From Camelus dromedarius (lineage: Eukaryota), in assembly GCF_036321535.1 (NCBI RefSeq), contig NC_087436.1:40860001-40924000 (forward strand): DNA of 64,000 nucleotides, given 5' to 3'. Below are positions 12,653 to 25,641 of this stretch, in pieces. Under the pieces are notes generated by a model. It saw only the letters and a program-made list of their open reading frames with translations, did no database searches and was not told where the DNA came from. Made by a program: the position numbers and the translations under genes. Every line of letters starts with the position of its first letter. Positions within the stretch are counted from its first letter, which is position 1.

Positions 12653-13909
12653 TCTCTCTCTCATTTTCTCTTATGACTGTCATAGATTGCCTTCACTTGT
12701 ATTGCTTCTCCAAATTGAAGGTGAATATGAAGTCTTTACTTTTTGAGTTATTGGCTCTATAGATGCTTCTATTCAGTTACAAGGGACAAAATCCAATCTA
12801 TGTTCCCTGGCAACTTCTAAGATAAAAGTATGGAAAAGTAAAATGGTTGCAATATTAGTGCTTCAGGAACTCGATTGGAAGCTGTTTCTATATTGTACCT
12901 TATTTATGAGCACCTGCTCCCAGACTGGCAGCTGGAAATGACACATCTGCCAAGATTTTAGATCCTCATATGCTGTTTCCTTTATCCTGACACATATGCC
13001 AACCTGTCTGAATCTTTCATTCTGTAGAGCAGGACTTAATATTATCATTGACATTACCCTAACCACATCCTCAACCATCATAAGCATCATGATTAATCTT
13101 CTGTCAAGAATATTATCCCATTATACTGAAATGTAAGTATTTGCTGCATCCGTGGAATATAAAATTATTGTTGGAGTATTTTGGATTTCTAAAAAACATT
13201 TTAAGGATCTTAAATATATTGCATCTGGGAGTATCTTCATTAACTAAATGGCTTTTTGTAGTCTTTAAATCTCATTGCATGTTTATGCATTCTATTATAA
13301 CATAACAGAATATAGCACAAAAGTTTTTGTTGCAGGGAATATAAAATCAAATTATGCAACATGAAATTGTTGTGTTTGAACAGAGCTTTGGCAGTAGAGG
13401 GGTGAGGGTGATAGGGGCCAGGGCAGAAATTTCTGAGAGCTTGGATGGTCCGACCTTGCCTTTTATGACATCAAAGCATTAAGAGGTCCTTCTCTGTTTA
13501 TAATCTAATGAGATCAGATCCTTTATGTTTTTCTTTAGAACCAATAAGGACTGGGTTACACATATTTTCCATAGTTATTATTATCATTATTATTAATCAT
13601 TTACACCCTTTTAAGGAGCTTACTATCATGCTTTAGAATATGAAAAAAGTAACCAGATCTCTCTAATCACACTCAAAAAATTTCCTGATGATCCTGTTTA
13701 TATACATGCCATTGGTATTTCCCTTTACTGACTGTAAATTGCAATCTGTTAAAATGGCTTCTTGTTTAATATCTGTGTTTATTTGCTTTCATGTACTTAA
13801 TCTGAATTCTTGGCTTTAATTAACTTAATTTAAAATATTATTTTATTTGCATATTTAAATGCCTATATATTTTCTTTGACATAGTTTAGAAATTGCCTTG
13901 GATTGGAGT

Positions 13910-14422
13910 TGTAGGGGAGGCATCTCCCCTACCTTTACCATCTTAGGCTTTTTTTCCTAGCTGGGCCTGAGAATTAAATTGATATAAGACAGATCAACAG
14001 CAGTAAAATATGGATCTGTTTTAAACAAGTTTTATGTGGCATGGGAGCCTTCATAAGAATAAAGAACCTAAGAATGGCAAAACCTACCTACTTTTATATT
14101 AGGTTGAACAAGGAGAGGCAATTGTGCAAAAGTAACTACATTATGTGGGGAAGCTAAAGGAAGATATAAATTATTTTAACAAGGTCTGTTTGTATAGGAT
14201 TCTCTTGGCCTCGATTTCTCATCCTTGATAAGAATGTTACTTTCCTTTTGATATAGGGAGGGCACCTTACACATGGGAATTTCACCTCCTGTTTTTGAAA
14301 AAAAAAAAAAAAGGAAATTCAGAGTGCTTCTCTTGTATTTATTGTTTTCAAGGGCCTGTAACTCAAAATATTAAATGTGCCACACCAGCATTTTCTGAGA
14401 TGGCACATTCTGAATTCCTTCA
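13910..14422 (-). mobile_element. Solo LTR, ERV1 class (MER34/MER39-like)
   Basis: TG...CA termini, 4-bp TSD GAGT (13906-13909 and 14423-14426). Minus strand begins TGAAGGAATTCAGAATGTGCCATC. Confidence 0.85.
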
Positions 14423-14724
14423 GAGTTGAGAGTATTTTTCAGTAAAGGATTGAATTAGTTATTTAAAGGTTCCATTTTATATTCTAATTGGTATGTAGTA
14501 TGTATATGTAATTTCAAGTTTATTACTATTACTATGGGCCTTCATTCTAGACAAGTTGGAACATAGATTTTTTAAAAAGTAAAATGTATAAATTACTACA
14601 GACACATAATGGAGGAATTCTTCAGTTTTAAGAAAAAAGATTTGCAAGACTATTTTTCAATATTTAAATTATTTTATAATCAACAAACTAGGGTAAGCAT
14701 AACTTTTAAAAAGGTATTTATTTT

Positions 14725-14954
14725 TAAAATGTTAAGCTACTTATTGAGGTATGATTGACATACAAAAAGCTGTATATATTTAATGTATACAACTTGATGA
14801 GTTTTGAGATGAGCCATGAAACCATCACCACAATTTATGCCATAAACATATCTATAAACTCCAAAAGTTTTCTCTACCTTCTTTATTATTACTATTATTT
14901 TTGTGACAGGAACACTTAAATAAGATCTATCCTCAGCAAATTTTTAAGTATACA
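14725..14954 (-). mobile_element. L1MA9/L1MB-like 3' end fragment
   Basis: ttattgaggtatgattgacatacaaaaagctgtatatatttaatgtatacaac...aaaccatcaccacaat...taagatctatcctc. Confidence 0.8.
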
Positions 14955-15368
14955 CCTTCAGTCTTCAGGGGGAGAGTATTACATTATCATAATAAAAAAT
15001 ATATGCTTTCAGAAAAAGATCTGAATCAAAAAGGGAAAACATAAAAAAATTAATAAACAGAAATGTCAATGAAATAGAGTTGGGAGACCAGAAGGAGGAG
15101 TTCTCATGACCTGCAGTGATAGCAGAGTCCAATAGGAAGAAGAAAAGCTTCTTTCCTGGCAAGGACTCAATCACAGAAAAACCACAGATTTTTTGTTTAT
15201 TATAGCCCTTCCAATTTCCTTTTTCTCTCTATGAAAGTATTTTTCTTCCCTTGCTGTATAAGGGACTCACACATGGCTCACCATAGTTGTAGACCCCAAA
15301 TTATTGATCCCAAATAATCTCATCTTTGCTAGAGAAATATCTGACAGTCGATTTATTACAGGTCAACA
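14955..15368 (+). mobile_element. ERV 3' LTR with polypurine tract and a short piece of internal sequence
   Basis: Purine run aaaaagggaaaa (15028-15039) followed by an LTR-like body ending ...ttacaggtcaaCA. Confidence 0.5.
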
Positions 15369-15494
15369 ATGTTTTTCAAATCGTAGGTGCCTTCTTTCAT
15401 GATGTACATGCCTATCTCATTTTTTTCAAAAAAATCAGTTTGGGTGAACATAAAAAAATTTGTGTAAAATACATACAAATTCAATTTCACTTTC

Positions 15495-15628
15495 ATTCAA
15501 CTAAAGTCTATCTGTGAGGTGTGGCTGTAATTTTTGTCCTTTACTATGAATTCCACAACTAACACAGTACCAGATCTTTACATGTGAAATTAACATTTGT
15601 CGCATGAGTGAATGGATAAATCATGAAC
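15495..15628 (+). mobile_element. L2 3' end
   Basis: ctaacacagtacc...atttgtcgcatgagtgaatggataaat resembles the L2 terminal tgaa-repeat end. Confidence 0.45.
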
Positions 15629-15637
15629 CATGTATCT

Positions 15638-16388
15638 ACCATGAAATTCCTAAAAGAGAACATAGGCAAAACACATTTTGGCATAAATCATAGCAATGTT
15701 TTCTGAGATCAGTCTCCAAGGCAAAAGAAATAAAAGAAAAATAAAAAAATGGGACCTAATCAAACGTAACAGCTTTCATGCAGCAAAGGAAACCATCGAT
15801 AAAATAAAAACACATCATATGGAATGAGCAAAATTATTAGCAAACAATAAGACCAAAAGAGGATTAATATCTAAAATATACAGACGGTTCATACAACTCA
15901 GTATCAAAACAACAAACTACCCAATCAAAAAATGGGCGGGAGACCTGAATAGACATTTTTCCAAAGAAAAAAAATGCAGATGGGTAACAGGCACATGAAA
16001 AGATGCTCAACATTACTAATTATTAGAGAACAGTAAATTAAAACCACAAGGAGATATCACTTCACACTTGTCAGAACAGCTATCATCAAAATGTCTATAA
16101 ACAACAAATGTTAAGAGGATGTGGAGAAAAGTGAACCCTCTTACACTGTTGGTGCAAATGTAAATTGGGGCAGCCACTATGGAAAACATGGAGGTTGCTC
16201 TAAAAACTCAAAATAGAACTACCATATGATCCAGCAATCCTACTCCTGGGTATATACCTGGAAGAAACTAAAACACTAGTTTGAAAAGATACATGCACCA
16301 CAATGCCCATAGTAGCATTGTTTATAAGAGCCAAAACATGGACACAACCAAAGTGCCCATTAACAGACAATTGTCTTAAGAAGATGCA

Positions 16389-16425
<37 letters not shown>

Positions 16426-16882
16426 TCTATCTACCTAGATAAATAGGTAGTGGAATATTACGCAGTCATTAAAAATAATAAAATATTATCATTTGCAGCA
16501 ATGTGAATGGACCTAGAGAATGTTATACTTAGTGAAATAAATCAGAGAAAGACAAATACTATGTGATATCACTTGTATATGAGATTTAAAAAAAAATAAT
16601 ACAAATGAATGTATATACAATACAGAAACAGATTCACAAACACAGAAAATAAATTTACGGTTACCAAAGAGGAGAAGAGGGGAGGGAGGGACCAATTAGG
16701 AGTATAGGATTAACAGACACCAATTACTCTCCATAAAATAGATAAGCAACAAAGATTTACTATATAGCACAGGGAATTACAACCAATATCTTCTAATAAC
16801 TTGTAATGGAATATAATCTGCAACAAAAATGAATCACTATGCTGTATACTTGAAACTAACACATTATAAATCAACAAAAAAG
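15638..16882 (+). mobile_element. 5'-truncated L1 (ORF2 3' part plus 3' UTR)
   Basis: ORF2 motifs and 3' UTR. Degenerate 13-bp TSD gaaccatgtatct (15625-15637) / gaacaatgtgtct (16883-16895). Confidence 0.92.
16390..16433 (+). repeat. Compound tetranucleotide microsatellite (TCTG)4(TCTA)7 within L1
   Basis: Direct reading. Confidence 0.95.
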
Positions 16883-19155
16883 GAACAATGTGTCTCTATT
16901 TGAAAAGCCTTTGTTGGGATAATCATTATCATACATATGATATGCAGAAAAAACATTCCTTTGTGGCTTGTTGTCACTTTAATGAGATAAAATAATACAT
17001 ATTAAAAAGTCAAGTAATAAATCAAGATGATAATAAAAATAGTAATAATTCAGTTTCTAGTATTTTTTAAAGAGTAAGCAAGTCAAGTCTGAGGAGACAC
17101 CTCTAAACTGATGATGTCTTAAAAATCATAACACTTATTAAAATTTTAAATCATGTACATGAATGAGATCATTATGCTATTTATATTGTCAGGTATTTTA
17201 ATTTATGGTCCAGATACATAGGAAATGATTATAAGGTCTGACAATTACAAAGTCAATGAAAACGAATTTCTGTGAGTTACTTTAACACTGAGGATATAAC
17301 AATGCTTTATAATGACTTAATCTTGACCTAAATACTTGTGTTTTTAATTAAGATTTATATACATTGATGTATTTTGACAAAGAGGTGGGAATATATGCAG
17401 GATTTTAGAATAGCTCAGTCCATTTTGTACAAAAATTTGATACACTATTTTATTCAAGACTTATGACTTTTTTTTACCTGTTATAACTGGTGTGTCAAGT
17501 AGTGTCATGATTCAATATTATTCTTGATCACATATTCCCCAAAATGAAGATTTCTTAGAAAAAACTATATAGAAATAAAGTATATTAAGTGTGTTTATCA
17601 TGAGAAGTGGAATATGGACATACGTGGAGAACGTTTCCGAGGAGTCTCTTCAGTCCAGGGGTAATACAACCTTATCTGATCAGGCTGACAGATTTCACTA
17701 TCCATTCGTACAAGAGCAAGTGTCTCTAATTGTTTTAAGAATACCTAGCAATTCATGGTGCTACTGTCCTTAGGCAATCCATTTTCAGATCGATATTTGT
17801 GGCAGAGTCAAAGATTAGGAAGACATAATGAGAGTAACTCGAGTGACTCTATTAATAGATAAAGCTCTCAAGCAATGACTGACTGTGAGCCTAGAAACAC
17901 AGGAGACTGTGATTCGTATGCAAACAAGCATCAATTGCATCTTTTCAGGAAACTACCAAGAAAACTTTAATTAAAGTAAACACTGAAAAATGGAATTTGT
18001 TCTTCACCTACAAATATTAAATGTATATTTTGCCTTATTTTCTATAATTTGATCATTATAACCAGTATGTTAAAATTATAGTTTTTAAAAACTTTACCTC
18101 TTGCCTCATGCCATCAGAATATTCAATACATTTTCTTGTTGAAATATATTGCTTTAAAAACTCTCATGGGCTTTTTAACGCAACATTATTTGCAAATCCA
18201 GTTAAAGTTATGTAGCAGAAACAGAATAAGAGATTACCTCCAAAAAAAAAAAATGTTTGTGCAATGAAAGTACTCTTAAGGCTAGATCTTTGTCTGAAAT
18301 AATTCAGTCAAATTGAAAATTAAATATATAAATTCAATATCTACATTTCATCATCTTAAAATGATTTCTAAATAACTCTGTTTCAGACACTTGAGGTAGA
18401 TTTTTTTCTAGGAAAGCTTTTCACAGCTAATGGTACTTATTAAAAATAAATTCAGACAATATGAAAGACAATCAATAGAGAAAAGTAATTTAAATATACT
18501 GTTTTATCAGAAATAGAGTATTTAAGTGTGATAACAATTGAGAAAGGGATGAACTAAAATTCTTTCATTTGGAATAATGGTCAAATTATTTGAAGTTTTT
18601 AAAAGAGAAAATTATTACAAAATTTTCTAGGAAAAAAGTTTTAATTCTTCTGTTTTTAGTACATATATATCTTCTTTTACATAACTGAATTTAGAGCTAA
18701 TTTTAGTTTACTAGTTAATTTTTGTTTAGGGGATATTTTGGCAACATTATTTCACAGACAGCCTGAATTGTATTTCAGTTAGAAAAGCCAAACTTTTCAA
18801 ACATACAATCATTCAGATTACAAACATTCATTTTAGGGAAAAAAGTGATGCTTTTTTTCCAAAACAAACAAATCGAATTAAAAAAACCCCAGCAGTTCCC
18901 GTACTTTTTACGCAAGTTAAAATTACTTTTTTAAAAACATGGCTAGGAAGCATATAATCTTCAATGAGAAATTTCATTAGGAGGAAATTAAAAGAGTTTT
19001 GAAGGAGTTGTTTATCAATTACTGATATAGAAAAATTCAAGTTAGAAATTGAAACATGTATTATACAAGCATCTAAATAATGAGTAAACAAATGTTCTCA
19101 AAGCATATTTGAGAAAGAACATACAAATCAGTGAAGTTAGGTTCTCACTTTTTAC

Positions 19156-19191
19156 CTGCCATTGTACTTGCTGTTTTCATTCTCTTTTCTG
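19156..19191 (-). other. Candidate 36-nt (or 33-nt via NAGNAG) micro-exon
   Basis: Minus strand ttgaattttcatacttcAG|CAGAAAAG...ATGGCAG|GTaaaa. Confidence 0.15.
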
Positions 19192-19321
19192 CTGAAGTAT
19201 GAAAATTCAAGTAGGTAAACTATGTAAGAATGATGGAGAGTTTTCATTTTCAACAGTTTTCTACTGAGTTGTTTTTCAACCATAATGTGACTTTTCACGG
19301 GTCTCTGATCCACCCCAATGG

Positions 19322-19840
19322 CTGTCAAAATGATTGATGAGGCTGATGCTTAGAAATGTTTAAGAGTTTGAGTCTCTGGGTATTTGGACAAAAGAGCAAT
19401 GCAAAGTTTTGCAGGTCAAGAAGCACGTATTCAAAGAGACGTAATTTTTAGCAGAAAACATTCACATCTGAATTGGTGATAATACCGTGACTGTTTCATG
19501 GCTAGTTATAGTTAAATCACTTTCACATATTCAGTCCAGAGATATCTAATGACAACACCATCAAAGTGCTGGGTATGAAAGTACTCAGGATCACAATTTA
19601 ACTCTACCATCGTATGCTTCATAACAGCCTATAAAGGTGGGTTTAAATCCATAGAAATCTCAGTTACTCCTAGAAATGTATCAGTCATATTCTGGCACAA
19701 ACTTCCCTGTCTTCATTTGTGTGGTTGATTATGCAGAGAGAATGCTGCCTTTCTCCAATAACTTGTCCAAATTCAACTTTGTGTAATAAAGTTAATAAAC
19801 TGTGGTACCAGATCAATCAGGGATCAATTATTTTCTGTCA
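19322..19840. promoter_or_regulatory. Candidate enhancer with two PBX-HOX plus MEIS/PREP composite motifs
   Basis: CTGTCA(19322-19327)-aaa-TGATTGAT(19331-19338). ATCAATCA(19812-19819), ATCAATTA(19823-19830), CTGTCA(19835-19840). Lies in repeat-poor DNA. Confidence 0.35.
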
Positions 19841-20429
19841 ATTACCAGTTTAGTCTCCATTTTTTATCATTAAATAATTCTAATATGAGAGCATAGCTCC
19901 CATAGGTGCTATGGGCATTTCAAGGCATTAAATCATTAGACAGATAGCAAAGGCTTAAAACATTTAATTATTTCCCCCTCTCCTTTCCTTTCAGTTAAAG
20001 AGATAGTAAGTTTGAGGAAAAATACCAATGGTTAAAAAAAAAGCAGTAGTCAGTCAATGTAGATTGTCAAACGTACTGCAAAACAACAGCTGTCCTCTGA
20101 ATTACTCAACTCATTCACATTTACTTAGTACACAAAAAGAGTTGGAAAGCTAAGAATCAAAAATTGAAAAATGAAACGAAGTAATAGAAACATTCATAAT
20201 ATTCTAAATGAGTAGTTTAACAATTAAATTTTAATAATTAAAACTTTAATAATTAAATTTTAATTTAATAATTAAAAATAAATAAATAATTGCACTTGAA
20301 CTTCACTTTTTAAACCTATTGGGCTGAATCCCCAATTTGGTTATTTAAAAAAATCCCAATTCTGCACAAACAAATAAAATAAAGTTTATAAATAGATGCT
20401 CTTTGTGCTTTTTCTCTGAGACTATTACC

Positions 20430-20715
20430 ATGTTTAGCTGCTTTTACATTTTGGTCTGGCAATCACTAGAATATAAACCCATGGAGGGCAGAGATTTTTA
20501 TATGTTCATTAATGTAACCAAAACAAATATATGTATGTTCCTATATGACTGATGTATTGTACTGTACACCAGAAATTGACACAACATTGTAAACTGATTA
20601 TACTTCAATAAAAATATATGTATATAAATTAAAAAAGTATAAAAAAATTTCAACACAGCAGCATTTCAGAAAATATTTTTAAATGAATGAGTGAATTAAA
20701 AAATTAATGAATGAG
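20430..20715 (+). mobile_element. L2 3' end interrupted by a young L1 tail (~20520-20648)
   Basis: cactagaatataaacccatggagggcagagattt (L2), then tgtacaccagaaattgacacaacattgtaaactgattatacttcaataaaa (L1), then aaatgaatgagtgaat (L2 end). Confidence 0.75.
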
Positions 20716-20789
20716 CAATCCAGAAAATATTCAACAACAATCTGTACTTTGCCAGTCCATTAAACCCAAATGGGTGTTGAAACTAAAGA

Positions 20790-20910
20790 TTAGGTATTAT
20801 GATTAACCCTTTTTCACATATAATAGGATCTCAGGAGCTAAAGTTGTATAGCTTGTAAGAGATACAATCAAAATAAAACCCCAGGCCATTTGACTTCAGC
20901 TCTTAACTTT
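20790..20910 (-). mobile_element. Diverged MIR fragment
   Basis: taggtattatgattaaccc...aaaccccaggccatttgacttcagctcttaac. Confidence 0.4.
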
Positions 20911-22684
20911 ACCCTGGAAGCATTCATTGGTGTTTTAAGATTTCAGGTGAATATAATTTAACTGGGGGAGGCTGCATTTCTACCACTGACACAAAATATT
21001 TACAATGAAATTATCTTTAGAGGAATGAGAAAAATATGGTCATATATAACAGTTAAAAAGTAGTAATTTATCCAAATATTACTGACATAGTGTTTTTCAT
21101 AAAATATCACAATATGGAGAATATTAAATAAAAATTGAGAATTATGTTACCTACTTTATGTATCAAAATCTGCTTGGAAGTACTAATGCCAAAAATTCCT
21201 AACAATTGTCCTAAGCTTTTACTTGAAAAAAAACTATGTGTTACTTTTAAATACTTAACCAGAAATGCATTTTCATTTCTATATATTCTTTAGATCTACC
21301 AAACTTTAAAAATATTTATTTTCATCCGTAATGATACATTTTACTTTATTTTGAGATCTGTGACAGAAAGAACAAAGTGAGATAATTCTATGAGTCAAAC
21401 TTTTTCATCTTTATTTAACAATGGACTTTTTCTTTCCCAAACACTCATGATTGTATTATAAATTATACTTATGTGCCGTTGTTAACAAACCAGAGATTAT
21501 GATGGTTTGGTCTATTTCTGAGAATAGTTTTCAATTTCCAAATATTTGCATCCTTTTTTAAAATATTCCAGTTATTTATTTCTTAAATATTTCTCTTTGG
21601 ACCACATTTTAGATGTGTTTAGATAACTTTCTGGGCTCTCTGTAAATGTTCCATGAATATTTGATATGATCATGTGTCTGCTTTCTCTTGCAGAATACAA
21701 ACCTCTAAGTATACATATGTCAGTCATGTGAGGTTTATCTTTTGAGCAGTCATATTAATTTTACTTTTATCATCAAGTTTCCTGGTTTCTACATTTGTTT
21801 TAATTTTTTTAGACATTTGCTGTATGCACTTTAGACATGTTACCCTCTGTTATCTGGAATAAATGAAATAATGTTAGTTTAAACTATTTTGAACTTCATT
21901 TTCTTTTATGGTCAATCATAAGAATTAACTGTAACAACTGCCCGCCTTCATTTAAGGTGAGACGCTTGTTCTATTTTTACATCTATGCTCAAATTTCTGC
22001 ACATTTCTTAATTTTAGGTAAAGTATCAGGATATAGAGTCATATAGTTAAGCTTAATATATCATTTTCAAATACTGCATCTCTAATTCTGGGTTTTTCAG
22101 TACATTTCATAATCCCGTGGAACACATTTACTTATATAATAAACACTGCTTCATCTTTTTTTTTTTTGCACAGCTCTAATCTTTATATTTTAATTTCTCT
22201 ATTCGTGAATTTTCAATTTTTCTATTAATTTACCAGAATAAATATATAAAAATAATTTTATCACTATAGTGTGTCTCTTCATTTCAGAATATGTCTTTAT
22301 TTTTTAAGTTTCATTTTCTGCACTAGAGTACTTGCATACATCTAACGGATACTTTTGTTCTCTTTGAAAATTTTGTTTACAGTTTCTTCGTAGCATATAA
22401 AATAGGAAATGATATTTTAGATTTTTTTTAAATCCTTAATTTTTAAAAATAAAACAAAATAATTCTACACTCAACTTTTGATTAAATGTTTTGAAATTTT
22501 ATGATTAATGAAATAGATTATAATATTAAATTAATAGAATAGGAGCTCATCATCTCAAAGTTTTAAGTATAAAGTGGAAATCCTGCTTCTTCTCTATACT
22601 TTACTTTTACATAAGCTCTATCCTCTGATTTTTATTTTTTTCTTTCCTTTGGAATTCAGCAAGTACAAAGAGACTTCAACACGT

Positions 22685-23230
22685 CACAATGATTTTTAAA
22701 TTCACACTTATACTGACTACTTTGCTTTAGCTATTCTCTCCCATCTCAACACCTATCAATATCTCATGGATATTTAAATTTACTTCATGCATCTCATACT
22801 CAAAATTACTTCATAATCAAACTGAACACTTATCCTTCCTTGCCAAACTGATTTCATCTCTTGGTTCTTCTATATATCTCAATATACTGCCCCAAACAAC
22901 TTCCAACATTTGGTAACTAGGTGTTTTGAATGATCTGTACAAACAATCTGGTGTTCCTTTCCCTTCATTGAAAAATGTGTGATCCTTCTGAACAAAAACA
23001 TGTTCTTATTTTCAATTTTATCAAATCAAAGCAATAGTAAATTTGCTAGCCCACTTGTTTTTCTACTCCTTTCACATTCAAGCTTCCTTCCTGTAATAAT
23101 TTTTAAATGTCTATATTATAATATGAATTCCATGAAGGCAGAGAGGGGGTCTAACTTGTCTACCACCCAAAATATATCACAATGTTTTTAAGACAACAGA
23201 GGCTGAATAAATACTCTAAAAGATTCAAAA
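22685..23230 (+). mobile_element. L2 fragments
   Basis: gcatctcatactcaaa...caaactgaacac...ccaaactg and the 3' end tgaattccatgaaggcagagagg...gctgaataaatact. Confidence 0.5.
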
Positions 23231-24180
23231 ATAAAAAGGCAGTTTTGTGATCTTTAATAGTACCTAAAATATTAGCAAATATTTAATATTAATATTATCT
23301 CCCTATATGAATACGAATATATTGAGGGAGTTTAAAAAAATACAGTATATATCACATAATTTTAGTATTTGGTACTTCTAATAATTCCTGCTTTTTTCTA
23401 TACATCAATGAAAACAAGTATTTGCTGTTTTCACTGAAAGTTTAAACTTGTATAAAATGTTGCCCAATAATTTTATGATGATTCATGCAATGTTTTGCTC
23501 ATATATCTGATACCCAATGCTTGAGGCTGATTTTTGTCCTTTAACATTTAAGATAATGACAGAATTTTGGATTCTGTCAGCATTGATCAATGAGTGTCCC
23601 CATGCCATCAAGGAGTAGTGACCTTCTGCTAAGTTTTTACCTTGGCTAAAGATCTCCATGGCTCTTCAAAAGGCTTTTTTAAACAAATATGTAATGCTTA
23701 GGTAAAGCTTAACTTCTAGGGAGAATGTGATGATTAAATACATAGAAGTGTCACATTTTAACTCCCTTACTTTAAAAAAGTCTAATACTATACAGTAGAA
23801 TAGAATAGAAACCTGATAATTCTAAGAAAAGGTGACTACAGTAGATGAATTCTAATTCTCATATTTATTTTAATTTGCTTAATTTTAAAAGGTATTGTCA
23901 ATATAAAATTTCCTGTACATGCATATTAGGTAAAAACTTTACCAAATTTTGGTGGAAACATAAGATTCTAACTCATTACAGCTCTAATGTGTGTATGAAA
24001 TACTGTAAGTACAAAAAAGTCACTTTACATTATTTTATAAGATACTGAATTCATAGAAATTTGAAAAAAATGTGATAATATCATCAAGTTAGTCACTGTG
24101 GGTAGCATTTGATTTGGAATTCAAATATTTTTTGGCTGAGTTATTTGGATCAGCTGCTAAAAAACAGTTTTTCAAAAGTA

Positions 24181-24522
24181 CAATCTTCCCTCCTTATCCT
24201 AGGTTTCCCTATCCTCAGATTCAACCAACTTCAGATCAAAAATGTTAGAAAATGAAGAAAATTCCAGAAAGTCCCATAAAGAAAGTACTTGCTCTAGAGA
24301 TTATTTATATAGCATTTACATTGTATTTATAATTATTTACATAGCATTTTCATTGTACTGTGTACTATAAGTAACATAGTGACAATTTAAACTATACAGA
24401 GGATGTATGTAGGTTATATGCAAATACTACACTATTTTATATAAGGGACTTAAGCATCTGTGGATTTTGGTATCCACAGGAGGTCTTGGAACCAATCTCT
24501 TGGGGATACTGAGGGACAACTG
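24181..24522 (+). mobile_element. Complete MER2/MER2B-like Tigger MITE
   Basis: Flanking TA duplications (24179-24180, 24523-24524), degenerate TIRs (caatcttccctccttatcc / ggatactgagggacaactg), diagnostic internal motifs. Confidence 0.9.
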
Positions 24523-25081
24523 TATATGCAAAGACCAAAGGATACTAATGTTTTGTGATCATTTTTGATATTTCATTTCAATTTATGGGAAAAATCAGAA
24601 AAAATATTATCTGAGTTCTATTAACTAATACATATCCATTAGACACATTAAAGTAGCCTCTAAGAACTAGAATTCTTACCTTTATTTCTGACATTGAATG
24701 CATATCCCATAATAAAATCAAGATTTCAACAGATTTGGTTCTAGTATTCTGAGAAAACAAGGGAACAATGGAGCTTTTAGTTTCTCCTTTTAGGACAGAA
24801 AGAATTGAGTAGGGCAAGGAAAAGACTTTGTCCTGTCTAGATTGAGAAACCAGCATCACCAAAGTCTCAAAAAAGACTTTTTATTTATCTCAATAATTTC
24901 TCCCTTTATCGATCTTGAATCCTGGTGCTACTTAGTCTAGCTTTTCATTGACCATCTTCAGTATATATCTGGATATTTGCCTCAGTCTTCTCTATCAAAA
25001 GTCCATCAACAGTTTTTTCCTTTTAATTAATTCAGCATATCGGATTAATCTTTCCCAAATATGCAAGCTATTTAAACATGT

Positions 25082-25260
25082 ATTATTCGATCTATGTGTT
25101 TAATGCTATTATTTGGACAGGCATTATGCTAGGTTCTGGAGACATTAAGAATAAAACATATTCCCTGCCAAAAAGGTCAATCATTGTCTCAAATGAGAAC
25201 TGTGGGTACAAACTGAGAATGATATTGCAGAGGGTGTTGGAGATAGCTGTAGGGAATGAT
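25082..25260 (-). mobile_element. L2 3' end
   Basis: caggcattatgctaggttctggagacattaagaataaaacatattccctgcc. Confidence 0.55.
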
Positions 25261-25641
25261 GGTGTTCCACAGTCCTATCACATTGTCCCCATTCCTTGAT
25301 TAAACTTCTGATATTGCCCTAGACTTAGAGAAAAGAGATAGTTTATTTTTACACCACAAGATGAATTTCTTAAAACCTCATGATAAATCAAATTATAATA
25401 AAGCATGCCCACAATTGTGCTATCCAGCAATTTCCTTACCTCAGCCTCTTTGTCACTTGACATTGACAAGGTTCATCTCTCCAGCTTCATCTTGTTTGGT
25501 TTTACTTAGATTTGTTCTTATGGTTCAGGTCATTCTCCTACAGTCAGTTCTGCTCTAGCTAATCATTATCTTTATGTTATCCACCACCTTCAAAAGAGTT
25601 TTCATTATCTTGTTTACACTAATTACTTTTCTTCTACTTAA

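Noticed and set aside
17591..17773. 60-aa ORF in unique sequence
   Set aside because: GTG start, no homology I recognise and no convincing splice boundaries.
21450..22400. T-rich stretch that may be an antisense ancient L1/HAL1 ORF1 region
   Set aside because: Too diverged to support by eye.
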